Shown piece after piece: positions 49,009 through 62,737 of a stretch of DNA of 64,000 nt; position 1 is the stretch's first letter, and each line of letters starts with the position of its first letter. Under the pieces are notes generated by a model. The model did not search any database, was not told the DNA's origin, and saw nothing but the letters and a program-made list of their open reading frames with translations. A program made the translations under genes and the position numbers. This DNA is from Octopus sinensis (Eukaryota): positions 62,001-126,000 of the forward strand of contig NW_021832228.1 in assembly GCF_006345805.1 (NCBI RefSeq). The letters are read 5' to 3'.

Positions 49009-49199
49009 TTACCACGTAAATTTTTTTTTTTTTTTTTTTTATGAAAACCAACCAATAACCACGTAAATTAACTGTAATAAAATATTTATTATCAAATTAA
49101 GTTTTTCTTTACATAATAATTAAATTAATTTTGAAATAGTTTAACATGTAAAATAATGTCAAAATAATCATCGTTAGAGTTAAAAAAAGTCTTTAATAT

Positions 49200-49582
49200 A
49201 AATTAATAATATGAACAAACTTCCGGACAAATTTCAGGCCAAGGTTTTTTATCTTTCTCATCGGCCAAAGGATAGTTCTCTCTAGTCTCAAATTGAGTAC
49301 TGAATTGTCCTTTTTTCTTGCTAAATCTATTTTTAAGGAATCTTTAAAAAGTTGTTCTTGAATTATAAAAAATATTTGTTTCACTGACCACGTATTTTCC
49401 AGCTGGTTTCTCAAACCAATGCCAAAAATTTCAGAATTAAAAAACTTTAGTCTGTTTTTAAACTATCTCTGGATTCATCTGGAAAAACTTGCTTTTATAT
49501 TCGTCAATTTTTGTATGTCTCCTCTAGATGCAATCTACAATAAGAACCGCTTTTCAAATTAAGACAACCAAATTTGTCTCAT
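49200..49582 (-). CDS. Possible small spliced gene (second copy about 55340-55732)
   Basis: Coding-like end ENYPLADEKDKKPWPEICPEVCSYY*; exon structure unresolved. Confidence 0.3.
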
Positions 49583-49643
49583 TCAAGAAATTGAATTGAA
49601 ATTTAAGAAATTGAGGATTAGTGGTCAAATTGTTAGTATTTTT

Positions 49644-52132
49644 TTATTCTAATTTACTAAATATTAGACGTCTTCCTTCTTGTATTGTTTTAATTGCTGA
49701 GGGGTCGTTGATTGAGGAGAGATCCCCAAGTTCGGCTGACCCTTTGGCAATTTGACGCAGAACGCGACGCATGATTTTCCCAGATCGAGTCTTTGGTAGC
49801 ATCTGTGCATGTTGTATGTATTCTGGAGTTGCTATAGCTCCGATTGTGTTTCGAACTATAAGTTTATATTCCAACCAGTACCTTCTTCTTTAATGGATTT
49901 TTCTAGTTCAGGAGTTAATTCCATTCCCTAAGCAAATATATACAGATCCTCATTCCTGCTGTAGTGAGACGAACGAATAAATGCACTCTCCTTTAATATT
50001 GTGCGGAGTAGCCACTGCAGCAGCTTCCACGACGCTTGGATGTTGAACTAGGACTGCCTCAATCTCAGCTGTGCTTATAAGATGTCCAGAGACATTGAGC
50101 ATATCGTCAATTCTGCCTGTGATCCAAAAGTATCCGTCTGCGTCTTGATGTGCACCTGTGAATGATCATTTCTTCTAAAAACCGTCTCCAGTGATATAAT
50201 ATCCAGGAAATCGTTCGAAATATGTTTTTTTGTACCTTTTGTAGTCTCCGTAAATAGTTCGCATCATACCTGGCCAAGCTTGCTTTATCGCCTGTTAATT
50301 AAGTCAAATCAATGACCAAATATCCATCAGTCTTTCCTTTGACTTCTTGGCCTTGTTCATTCAGAATGACTGGGAGAACACCAAAAAACGGAAGAGTCTA
50401 GCATTCGAATAATGATTTTAAATACAGCAGAGCCTGGTTTGGTTTTAAAACATGGCATAGGAGTGATGATGTGTCCTCCCTGTATATTAGATATAACTGC
50501 ATTACCGTCTCTGTCTGCCAATAGGTGTCAATCACTGCGCAACGAGAATTTCCAACAACTCTGTGATACCACTCCCAAACGTCTGGATTTATCGGTTCTC
50601 CGACAGTGCCGATGATTCTCAGAGAGTCCCTTTTACTGCTCCTGAGAAATAAGACAAAATAATACTCAGTGACATAATTTTCTCCATAAGACATCAAAGC
50701 TCTTATTGCAGTTGGTGCAGTATAAAATTGATTGACTTTGTATTTGTCGCATATCCTCCAGAATCTGGTGACATCCGGGAATGTCATGACACCTTCAAAC
50801 TGAACATCTGATTTGAAAGGACTGTACCATTACACTCGTTGCGCAGTTAAGAAGTGGGCCATAGCAAATATAGCTGTGTCCTGTTATCCACCCGAGGTCA
50901 GCAGTGCACCAATAAACATCTTTCTGTTTATAGTCAAAGGAATATTTAAATGTTGTCGCAGTGTACAACATGTATCCCCCAATAGTATGTAAAATGGCCT
51001 TTGGAGTTCCGGTTGATCCACTTGTATGGAGCATAAAAAGAGGATCTTCGGCATCCAGCCAAACCGGAAGACATTTGGAACTAGCCTTGGCCATGACCTC
51101 GTCCCATAACAGGTCTCTTTCGGAATCAATGTTTACCTAGCTTATTGTCAACATTTTCTAACTTGCAATGTAAATGGTCTGCCGCCTGGCTCAGTTTTGG
51201 CTTGCTGATCTTCCTTAGGATTGAGATGTCTCTTTAATATTACAGTCTTAATAAAATGTCCTCTGAACTGTCAAAATTAAAAATTGAAACTCTTTTTTGC
51301 ATAGTTCGATCCCTTCATCGCAAATATTTTTTAAATTTATTAATTTTGTTCCACGCCAGAAGCCATCTGTGGTTTGACAAACCCAACAAAACCTGCAGTT
51401 ATTACCAGTTTCGGTTTGGTGCTCAAAAATCTAACGCAGAGAGAACTCGCAGAAAATCCGGCAAACTGTAATTTTAAAATTTATTGTCGTACAATCACTG
51501 AATGGATTATTCCCAATCTTGCACATGCTAGCATGGCCACGACCAATTCGGGAATCATTGGCATGTAGAGAGAGACAGTATCGCCTTTTTTCAACCCTAA
51601 ACCAATTCTCCATTAAATGTCGACCAAAAAATTATTTTTTCTATTATGACCACATACCTTGAGCTTTGAGAACATTTGCCATTTTACAGACTTGTTTATG
51701 TAATTCATTGTATGTAAGTTGAATTCTATCTTCTATGTCGTTGCCCTCCCTAAACAGTCAGTTAGTACTACCGAACCAATAATATGCCACTCTATCACCT
51801 TTTCCTTTCTGAATATGGCGATCCAGACAATTAAAGGTCATGTTAGTCTCAGCGCCTTTGAACCAATTTACATAGATTCGTCCCTTGTTTACATCAAAGT
51901 TCCAGGTCGCCTTGTCATTGCCTCGAAGCTTATTCCAATAAAATTCTCTGGCTATTATTTTCCAAAACTCCGCAGGTTCTGTGATGGACATTTTGTACAT
52001 TCTTTTATATTCTTCCATGCTCTTCAGGTGACTCGAATTTATCACACGATTTGATGGTGAGAATGTCAGTTTTTCGGCGTTTTTTATTGAACCATCGTGT
52101 TTAAATGATGCGTTGCTTGAATTGTTCTTCAT
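49644..52132 (-). CDS. ACSS2: Acetyl-CoA synthetase (ACSS2-like), copy 1
   Basis: [80 protein letters not shown]. Confidence 0.95.
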
Positions 52133-52324
52133 TGTTAAGTCTATTAAAAATAATATTTAATGCTTCAGGGTGAAATTATAATTCAGAAAAAAATAAATTT
52201 AAACAAATAAATATTAAACAAATCATTTTTACTTTAAAGAATTTTCCAAGAATTTTTAACGATTATTGGTAAAAAACTAAATATGATAATTAATAGTCCT
52301 GTTTGTTTAAAATCATTTCAAACA

Positions 52325-52900
52325 CAGTAAAACCTCTCCTGCTAGCCACCTCTATTACTCGTCAAAATCGATTTTTCTAGAAAATTCTGATAAATATTCT
52401 CTTTCACGCCACTATTTTTAAAATTTTTATAAGAAAATATTTGTTGGTAAACCATTTTTTCAATAAATTTTTTTCTCAATGGAGGGTATTTATTTTTTTC
52501 TATCCCAAAAAAATATTTCGAAAGTTTATTAAAGACCTAAGGCTTTAAAGACAAAAAATTCTACTGATCCTACTTTTTTTAATACGAAATGATTATCTAA
52601 TCTAACATTTCTTGTTATTGACACTGAAATCCTAATATGATAAACTTTATTAAACTTGGACGTGGATTTCTGAATGATAAAGCAATTTTGTTGAAAGAAA
52701 AAACATTGCTAACACACGGGATTTAACAGTTTAAAGGTAGCAATGTTTGCCTTAGTAAGTTAAAGAAACTAACTATTTTAAGTTGAGAATTTTACACGAA
52801 GAGTGCGATCTCTACAAAGATTCAGAAATAAAAAGTATAAAATATTTATAACGCTAATGAAACTGGGATTTTCTACAAATCTGTCCCTTCCTATGTCAGA
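52325..52900 (+). mobile_element. Decayed pogo/Tigger element (copy at about 58473-59050)
   Basis: Starts cagtaaaacctct..gccacctctatt like the 61612 TIR; FKGSNVCLSKLK and YNANETGIFYKSVP remnants. Confidence 0.7.
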
Positions 52901-53217
52901 AAATCTAATCAGAGCAAAAAATACTGAACTATAAGTTTTAATTGTTTAAAAAACTGTTTTGGTCATTTTAAATAGATTGAATAGAAAGAAATTTACTTAT
53001 AACAAAAAGTGAAACATTAAATTAATAGAAATCTGTCAAAATTAATTAAAATACAATTTAGTCCCTAATTTCTTTCTATTTCCTCGTTTTGGAAAAAAGC
53101 ATCAGACATTGAATTCTTGGAATACTTTAAGCAATAATAAAACTTTGAATTTTATTTATTCAAGCAAGGTCTTCAAACTAGACTAAAGATTGGCCCATTT
53201 CTAAGCATGGTGTATAT

Positions 53218-53730
53218 CAGGGATGTCAAGCATGCGACCCTCGAAAGTCATAGGTGCGGCCCTCAGCGTACTTTACCAAACATAAGTGCGGTCTGATTTA
53301 ATAAAATAAAAATGGCTATAAAATGCCAAGAATTATTTTTTATTTTTTTTACATTTAATTAAAATTTTTAATCGTATTTTTAAATACAACCTAAAGAGGC
53401 ATCATCAATCTAATCATCTATCATACAATTATTTCGAAGGTATTAAGTTGCTTATTAACCAAGAAGGTCCAATGCGTGTTTCAAAGCTAAATGAATTGCG
53501 AAAAAATTTATCTGCGTTACAAACTCATTTCACAAAAAATCATAATCGAAGTACTGCATTAGTCGCTGCAAGCTATGAAATCAGCAGAATGCTTGTAGTA
53601 AATGGAAAATCATATTGTGATGGTGATTTCATCAAGCAATGCCTTGTAAAAACAGCGAATATTATTTGTCCAGACGACGGCCACTTGTTTAAAGATATTA
53701 ACAAGAACTACTGTTGCCGGACACATTAAT
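53218..53730 (+). mobile_element. hAT 5' end, cut by the duplication breakpoint
   Basis: cagggatgtcaagcatgcgaccc TIR-like start; ASYEISRML..GKSYCDGDFIKQCL. Confidence 0.8.
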
Positions 53731-53745
53731 TAACAAGAACTACTG

Positions 53746-55163
53746 TTACGGAGTATAAGATAATAAAACATTTGCAATAGTTTTGACTGAAATAATCGCG
53801 TCCATTAATCTTAAGGTGGCCAGTAACACGTTATCGTTCAATCTCTTCACTTTGGACGTCAGGCATTTCCCCAAATCAACTTTTTCCGACACAAATTTGT
53901 AAAAAGTAGAAATAAAATCTTCATTTTTGTTGAATTTAGCAATGCTTGTGTACAAATCAATTACATGGATATCAACGTGGAAGGAATTTGTGGTTGGAAG
54001 GTGGATAAAACTGACCACAGCCAACCTTCCGACCACTGAACTCTCCATCAACATCACTGAAATGTCATTATTTTCAACAATCAGAGAAAAAGAGTCGTAA
54101 ACCGAGTTTACGGTGAGTTTTTCTTTGTCAGTCTCCGCCAAATCGACCAAATAAGTGGCATAATCAATCAAATATTGAGGCAACAAATCAGGCAGTGCCA
54201 AAAGGACCAGTGCACGAGCTGAATAAATCCTAAAATACATATATTGGATAAATCCAACCTCTCCTCGAACAAGAATCAAGTTCAGAGTTATCCATATCCG
54301 AGAAAACGCTTTCCAAGTCCGGCATTAGTACAAATAGATCTTTTTTGTGTTGTGAAACGGAGTACTGAAATACAAATTCTATCGTGGCTTGCTGCATGAG
54401 AATATCGCAGTCGGAAAGACAGTCGGCGCATATTTTATGATGATGAATGAGCAGCAAGTCAGAATTGATGCATCATTCACCGACGATTGGAGTATTATCT
54501 ACAATAAATAAACAAAATCAAATCCAATCGCCCCAACAGCGTTATAGTTTATAAAAATGGCAAACATCAACCTCGTATAAAGAAATCCGAGTTTCTGAAC
54601 ATTCAATGATTTCTTCAAACATGCCTTTAAGAGTCTTGAGTGCTTGTTTTAAAAACTGTGGGTACTTTCCTTTCAATTAAAACGTGTTTAAGACAACCGA
54701 ATATGTTCAGTAAAATCGATCGAGTGAAATTAGATAACTCTTCATGCTCTAAATAACTGAGGCATTCATATAAGGTGATACGTTACCACTAAAGTCAAAA
54801 TTATTGAACTGCCGATGAGTTTGTTAGGAATACCAATGATAAGGACAATCTACGACAGAAATTGAGTGGAATCTCTATTCCTTCACATATTGGGTTGTGG
54901 ACGTTAAAAGGATCAGATTTTATTAGACGGTTAGTAATGGTGGGGAGAACTTTGTTCAATAATGAATCACATGATTGACAAAGATGGGATTCTAGAGTTG
55001 CAATGCGGTCACAGATTTTGAGAATAGTCATTATAAGATATTCGTCAGGAATAATTTCAAGTTTTTTCTCCAATTCAATACTCGATAAATTCTTGATCAT
55101 TGTTTTAAGAGAAGGGGTAATATCCGAATCTTCGCATTCAAGGAGAGACAATAGGAAATCCAT
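53746..55163 (-). pseudogene. 3'-truncated duplicate of the 47150-49008 gene
   Basis: Near-identical exons; new stop created at the junction (LSYTP*). Confidence 0.75.
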
Positions 55164-55792
55164 TTACCACGTAAATTTTTTTTTTTTTTTTTTTATGAAA
55201 ACAACCAATAACCACGTAAATTAACTGTAATAAAATATTTATTATCAATTAAGTTTTTCTTTACATAATAATAAATTAATTTTGAAATAGTTTAACATGT
55301 AAAATAATGTCAAAATAATCATCGTTAGAGTTAAAAAAAGTCTTTAATATAATTAATAATATGAACAAACTTCCGGACAAATTTCAGGCCAAGGTTTTTT
55401 ATCTTTCTCATCGGCCAAAGGATAGTTCTCTCTAGTCTCAAATTGAGTACTGAATTGTCCTTTTTTCTTGCTAAATCTATTTTTAAGGAATCTTTAAAAA
55501 GTTGTTCTTGAATTATAAAAAATATTTGTTTCACTGACCACGTATTTTCCAGCTGGTTTCTCAAACCAATGCCAAAAATTTCAGAATTAAAAAACTTTAG
55601 TCTGTTTTTAAACTATCTCTGGATTCATCTGGAAAAACTTGCTTTTATATTCGTCAATTTTTGTATGTCTCCTCTAGATGCAATCTACAATAAGAACCGC
55701 TTTTCAAATTAAGACAACCAAATTGTCTCATTCAAGAAATTGAATTGAAATTTAAGAAATTGAGGATTAGTGGTCAAATTGTTAGTATTTTT

Positions 55793-58279
55793 TTATTCTA
55801 ATTTACTAAATATTAGACGTCTTCCTTCTTGTATTGTTTTAATTGCTGAGGGGTCGTTGATTGAGGAGAGATCCCCAAGTTCGGCTGACCCTTTGGCAAT
55901 TTGACGCAGAACGCGACGCATGATTTTCCCAGATCGAGTCTTTGGTAGCATCTGTGCATGTTGTATGTATTCTGGAGTTGCTATAGCTCCGATTGTGTTT
56001 CGAACTATAAGTTTATATTCCAACCAGTACCTTCTTCTTTAATGGATTTTTCTAGTTCAGGAGTTAATTCCATTCCCTAAGCAATATATACAGATCCTCA
56101 TTCCTGCTGTAGTGAGACGAACGAATAAATGCACTCTCCTTTAATATTGTGCGGAGTAGCCACTGCAGCAGCTTCCACGACGCTTGGATGTTGAACTAGG
56201 ACTGCCTCAATCTCAGCTGTGCTTATAAGATGTCCAGAGACATTGAGCATATCGTCAATTCTGCCTGTGATCCAAAAGTATCCGTCTGCGTCTTGATGTG
56301 CACCTGTGAATGATCATTTCTTCTAAAAACCGTCTCCAGTGATATAATATCCAGGAAATCGTTCGAAATATGTTTTTTTGTACCTTTTGTAGTCTCCGTA
56401 AATAGTTCGCATCATACCTGGCCAAGCTTGCTTTATCGCCTGTTAATTAAGTCAAATCAATGACCAAATATCCATCAGTCTTTCCTTTGACTTCTTGGCC
56501 TTGTTCATTCAGAATGACTGGGAGAACACCAAAAAACGGAAGAGTCTAGCATTCGAATAATGATTTTAAATACAGCAGAGCCTGGTTTGGTTTTAAAACA
56601 TGGCATAGGAGTGATGATGTGTCCTCCCTGTATATTAGATATAACTGCATTACCGTCTCTGTCTGCCAATAGGTGTCAATCACTGCGCAACGAGAATTTC
56701 CAACAACTCTGTGATACCACTCCCAAACGTCTGGATTTATCGGTTCTCCGACAGTGCCGATGATTCTCAGAGAGTCCCTTTTACTGCTCCTGAGAAATAA
56801 GACAAAATAATACTCAGTGACATAATTTTCTCCATAAGACATCAAAGCTCTTATTGCAGTTGGTGCAGTATAAAATTGATTGACTTTGTATTTGTCGCAT
56901 ATCCTCCAGAATCTGGTGACATCCGGGAATGTCATGACACCTTCAAACTGAACATCTGATTTGAAAGGACTGTACCATTACACTCGTTGCGCAGTTAAGA
57001 AGTGGGCCATAGCAAATATAGCTGTGTCCTGTTATCCACCCGAGGTCAGCAGTGCACCAATAAACATCTTTCTGTTTATAGTCAAAGGAATATTTAAATG
57101 TTGTCGCAGTGTACAACATGTATCCCCCAATAGTATGTAAAATGGCCTTTGGAGTTCCGGTTGATCCACTTGTATGGAGCATAAAAAGAGGATCTTCGGC
57201 ATCCAGCCAAACCGGAAGACATTTGGAACTAGCCTTGGCCATGACCTCGTCCCATAACAGGTCTCTTTCGGAATCAATGTTTACCTAGCTTATTGTCAAC
57301 ATTTTCTAACTTGCAATGTAAATGGTCTGCCGCCTGGCTCAGTTTTGGCTTGCTGATCTTCCTTAGGATTGAGATGTCTCTTTAATATTACAGTCTTAAT
57401 AAAATGTCCTCTGAACTGTCAAAATTAAAAATTGAAACTCTTTTTTGCATAGTTCGATCCCTTCATCGCAAATATTTTTTAAATTTATTAATTTTGTTCC
57501 ACGCCAGAAGCCATCTGTGGTTTGACAAACCCAACAAACCTGCAGTTATTACCAGTTTCGGTTTGGTGCTCAAAAATCTAACGCAGAGAGAACTCGCAGA
57601 AAATCCGGCAAACTGTAATTTTAAAATTTATTGTCGTACAATCACTGAATGGATTATTCCCAATCTTGCACATGCTAGCATGGCCACGACCAATTCGGGA
57701 ATCATTGGCATGTAGAGAGAGACAGTATCGCCTTTTTTCAACCCTAAACCAATTCTCCATTAAATGTCGACCAAAAAATTATTTTTTCTATTATGACCAC
57801 ATACCTTGAGCTTTGAGAACATTTGCCATTTTACAGACTTGTTTATGTAATTCATTGTATGTAAGTTGAATTCTATCTTCTATGTCGTTGCCCTCCCTAA
57901 ACAGTCAGTTAGTACTACCGAACCAATAATATGCCACTCTATCACCTTTTCCTTTCTGAATATGGCGATCCAGACAATTAAAGGTCATGTTAGTCTCAGC
58001 GCCTTTGAACCAATTTACATAGATTCGTCCCTTGTTTACATCAAAGTTCCAGGTCGCCTTGTCATTGCCTCGAAGCTTATTCCAATAAAATTCTCTGGCT
58101 ATTATTTTCCAAAACTCCGCAGGTTCTGTGATGGACATTTTGTACATTCTTTTATATTCTTCCATGCTCTTCAGGTGACTCGAATTTATCACACGATTTG
58201 ATGGTGAGAATGTCAGTTTTTCGGCGTTTTTTATTGAACCATCGTGTTTAAATGATGCGTTGCTTGAATTGTTCTTCAT
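55793..58279 (-). CDS. ACSS2: Acetyl-CoA synthetase (ACSS2-like), copy 2
   Basis: Same ORFs and motifs as copy 1. Confidence 0.93.
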
Positions 58280-59371
58280 TGTTAAGTCTATTAAAAATAA
58301 TATTTAATGCTTCAGGGTGAAATTATAATTCAGAAAAAAATAAATTTAAACAAATAAATATTGAACAAATCATTTTTACTTTAAGAGAATTTTCCAACAA
58401 TTTTTAACGATTATTGGTAAAAAACTAAATATGATAATTAATAGTCCTGTTTTTTTAAAATCATTTCAAACACAGTAAAACCTCTGCTGCTAGCCACCTC
58501 TATTACTCGTCAAAATCGATTTTTCTAGAAAATTTTGATAAATATTCTCTTTCACGCCACTATTTTTAATTTTTTATAAGAAAATATTTGTTAATTAAAC
58601 CATTTTTTCAATAAATTTTTTTCTAAATGGAGGGTCTATCATCTATTTTTTTCTATCCCAGAAAAAATATTTTGAAAGTTTATTAACGACCTAAGGCTTT
58701 AAAGACAAAAAATTCTACTGATCCTACTTTCTTTAATTAGAAATGATTATCTAATCTTACATTTCTTGTTATTGACACTGAAATCCTAATATGATAAACT
58801 TTATTAAACTTGGACGTCGATTTCTGAATGATAAAGCAATTTTGTTGAAAGAAAAAACATTGCTAACACACGGGATTTAACAGTTTAAAGGTAGCAATGT
58901 TTGCCTTAGTAAGTTAAAGAAACTAACTATTTTAAGTTGAGAATTTTACACGAAGAGTGCGATCTCTACAAAGATTCAGAAATAAAAAGTATAAAATATT
59001 TATAACGCTAATGAAACTGGGATTTTCTACAAATCTGTCCCTTCCTATGTCAGAAAATCTAATCAGAGCAAAAAATACTGAACTATAAGTTTTAATTGTT
59101 TAAAAAACTGTTTTGGTCATTTTAAATAGATTGAATAGAAAGAAATTTACTTATAACAAAAAGTGAAACATTAAATTAATAGAAATCTGTCAAAATTAAT
59201 TAAAATACAATTTAGTCCCTAATTTCTTTCTATTTCCTCGTTTTGGAAAAAAGCATCAGACATTGAATTCTTGGAATACTTTAAGCAATAATAAAACTTT
59301 GAATTTTATTTATTCAAGCAAGGTCTTCAAACTAGACTAAAGATTGGCCCATTTCTAAGCATGGTGTATAT

Positions 59372-60695
59372 CAGGGATGTCAAGCATGCGACCCTCGAAA
59401 GTCATAGGTGCGGCCCTCAGCGTACTTTACCAAACATAAGTGCGGTCTGATTTAATAAAATAAAAATGGCTATAAAATGCCAAGAATTATTTTTTATTTT
59501 TTTTACATTTAATTAAAATTTTTAATCGTATTTTTAAATACAACCTAAAGAGGCATCATCAATCTAATCATCTATCATACAATTATTTCGAAGGTATTAA
59601 GTTGCTTATTAACCAAGAAGGTCCAATGCGTGTTTCAAAGCTAAATGAATTGCGAAAAAATTTATCTGCGTTACAAACTCATTTCACAAAAAATCATAAT
59701 CGAAGTACTGCATTAGTCGCTGCAAGCTATGAAATCAGCAGAATGCTTGTAGTAAATGGAAAATCATATTGTGATGGTGATTTCATCAAGCAATGCCTTG
59801 TAAAAACAGCGAATATTATTTGTCCAGACGACGGCCACTTGTTTAAAGATATTAACAAGAACTACTGTTGCCGGACACATTAATGAAATGGCATTGAATT
59901 TGAAAAACCAATTAAAGTCTGATTTGTTAAAATTCGAATATTTTTCAATTGCAATCGATGAAACAGTCGACGTCGTTGGAATTGCACAATTAGCAATCTT
60001 TTTTAGAGCCTGTGATTCAGATTTTAATATCTATGAAGAATTTCTCGAACTGGTACCAATGCACGATACTACTACAAGTAAAGATATCTTTATAAAACTT
60101 CTACAAATTCTCTTTGAATATGGGTTTGATTTGAAGAGTATGTTTATGCACTGATGGTTTTCCGAATATGGTTGGACGACATGCTGGCGTTGCCGCTAAA
60201 TTGCGAGCTGAAATAGAAAAGGTAAATCCCGGGTCATCATTTGCTCATTTTCATTTTATTATTCATCAGCAATATTTGTGCTCAAAGATATTAAAAATGG
60301 AAAATACAATTAGTTTGGTCACGAAAACAGTAAACTATATTAGAGGTCATCCCCTCAACCACCGGCAGTTTAGTAAACTGCTGACAGATATTAATAATCA
60401 GTTCAGCGACATTCCTTTTTATAATCCAGTCCGCTGGTTATCACTTCACAAAGTTGTTAAAAGATTTTATTTTTTGAGATCGGAAATAATTTTATTTATG
60501 GAGATGAAAGGGCAAAATATAGACGAAATGAAAAGTCAATCTTGGATCAAAGATTTGGCATTTGCAGTGGATATTACCACACATATGAACGACCTTAATT
60601 TAGAATTGCAGGGCAAAGACAAGCTCATATACACTGTATATGGAAGCATATCATGTTATGCTAGTTATGTTAAAAGAATAAAATTATTTTATTAA
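59372..60695 (+). mobile_element. hAT transposon (GTF2IRD2/EPM2AIP1-like transposase), frameshifted and 3'-truncated
   Basis: FSIAIDETVDVVGIAQLAIF, CTDG..MVG, HFIIHQQ, LNHRQF, VRWLS, DLAFAVDITTHMNDLNLELQG. Confidence 0.88.
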
Positions 60696-60867
60696 TCTTT
60701 TATGTTTTGATATATGGAAAATACGATTGACTTTTGAAAATAAGTCATTGGGTGAAGTAAAAATAAGAAGAGGAATTTTGCAAGGAGACTCTTTGTTGCC
60801 ACAGATCTTTGTGTTGGTATTGAACCCTTTGAGTCGAATGTTAAAATGAAAATACCCGAAAGTAACA

Positions 60868-61505
60868 ATGGGGAATCGGAGACATGGTCAGCTTGTTTAT
60901 GCAACAAATCACCTTCTATTTATGGATGATATTAAATTGATCTCCTATCAAAGTGATACAATGGAAAAAATGCTGAAAGAAGTCGAATCATTTTTTGATG
61001 CAGCTGGATTTGAAGAATTCTTATGGAGAGCCATATTCACATGCGACCGGCAAACAAAGAAAGACTATATTTACCAAGAAATAAACTTGAAAGATGTCTC
61101 GAGTGTGTCAGTAACAAATCTGAACAAATGCTATTCCAATTTTATCATGACTTGAAGCATAAAGCCGATTACTGCCTACGAAGAGAGGGGATTCAACGGG
61201 TCGTTAATTCAAAGAAAACTCATATGGCCACTATCGTAGAATTCATATTCCGAAAGTACAATATCGAAAATATAAATGAACTGACAATAACGAAATTGGT
61301 GGAAATTCAACATGAATATCTAATGAGGCAGATTGAAACTAAGCCACTGCATTCTATTCTTTTCCAGCGTTTGAAGGACACTGAAGTTAATGTTAATGAA
61401 TCTGCAGGGTGGCTAGTTCATGGAAACAACTCTGCAAGAATCGAAGGAATGTGTTGTCTACTACAAGATAGAAATTTGTTTTTCGATAACGGAGAAAATA
61501 AATGA
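60868..61505 (+). mobile_element. R4/NeSL-like non-LTR RT fragment
   Basis: TNHLLFMDDIKL and HMRPANKERLYLPR. Confidence 0.75.
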
Positions 61506-61611
61506 GGAAAATGATTTGGACGTTCTGATTGTAAGTCTAGAAGTGACAAATTAGTCCATACTTTTGACAGATTGGCATCCTTGGTGAACGTATGGAAACT
61601 GGAGGCATATA

Positions 61612-62735
61612 CAGTCAAACCTCTATTGGTCGCCACCTCTCTTGCTCGCCACCTCTCTTGTTCGCCACATTTTTCAAAAAAATTGAGAATTTCTAAAGAA
61701 ACCTCTATTGCTCGCCAAATTCTAAATCTCGCCACTATTTTTAATTATTAAAAAAAATTTTTTTTGGTTAAACTGACTTTAAATATAAAATAATTTTAAC
61801 CACGCTTCATCCAACATACGCAAGTGTACTAGACTGACGTTCAATGAAAAAAGACGCATAATAACCTACATCGATGATAACAAGCATATGACACTGGAAC
61901 ATATAGCCTCTGTTTTCTCTTCCATTTAAAAAAAAATTTCCCGCAGATCAATTAATGATCTGAGGCTTGAAAAACAAAAAATACTTGATAGTGATTCTCT
62001 TTTCTCAAGCAAAAAACGACTATTCAATCTAACATATTCAACTATTGATACAGAAGTTATGAAATGGATGGAACATATCGAACTTCGTGGCGGATTTATG
62101 GTCGATAATTCTATTCTTTTGAAAGCAAAAAAAGTCGCCGATCTACATGGAATTACTGATTTCAAGGCTAGCAATGGCTGGCTCTCTAAATTCAAGAAAC
62201 GGAACAATATTAAGTTAAGAACTTTTCACGGAGAGTCTTATATGACTAACGTAAACTTTGAAGAATAAATAAATTCTTTTATTTCAGTAATTTTCACAAA
62301 ATTGCAAGAATATGAACCTGCAAATATTTATTACGCCGACGAAACAGGAATATTCTACAAAAATATTCCTTCAAAAAGTGTTTGTCAGAAAAATTGCCCA
62401 GGGCAAAAAATGCTAAAAGACCGGTTTATTGTATTTCTTATATTTTAGATTTTCTTTGTTGCTGTATGCAAATATGACGGGGACAGATAAAAAAGTCAAT
62501 TGATGATTATTTTCATTAATTTTTTAAACAATTTAAGAATTTCTTAACTTTTCTACAATTTAAAATTATATCATTTTAGATTATTAATCAGAATTTAATA
62601 ACATTTATAATTTTTAAATTATTTTACATATATAATTTTCAATTTGTGGTGAACAACCGGAAGTGCTCGCCAAATTCTAAATCTCGCCACGATTTGGTCG
62701 GTCCCAAAAAATGGCGAGATTTAGAGGCTTGACTG
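61612..62735 (+). mobile_element. pogo/Tigger DNA transposon, internally deleted
   Basis: TIRs cagtcaaacctcta..tcgcca / tggcgagatttagaggcttgactg, TA flanks; DFKASNGWLSKFKKRNNI, YADETGIFYK. Confidence 0.92.
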
Positions 62736-62737
62736 TA

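Larger units (their letters stand above)
47593..59884. repeat. Direct tandem duplication of about 6.14 kb (47593-53730 and 53748-59884)
   Basis: Near-identical ORF sets offset by about 6150 bp; 17-bp insert at the junction. Confidence 0.97.
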
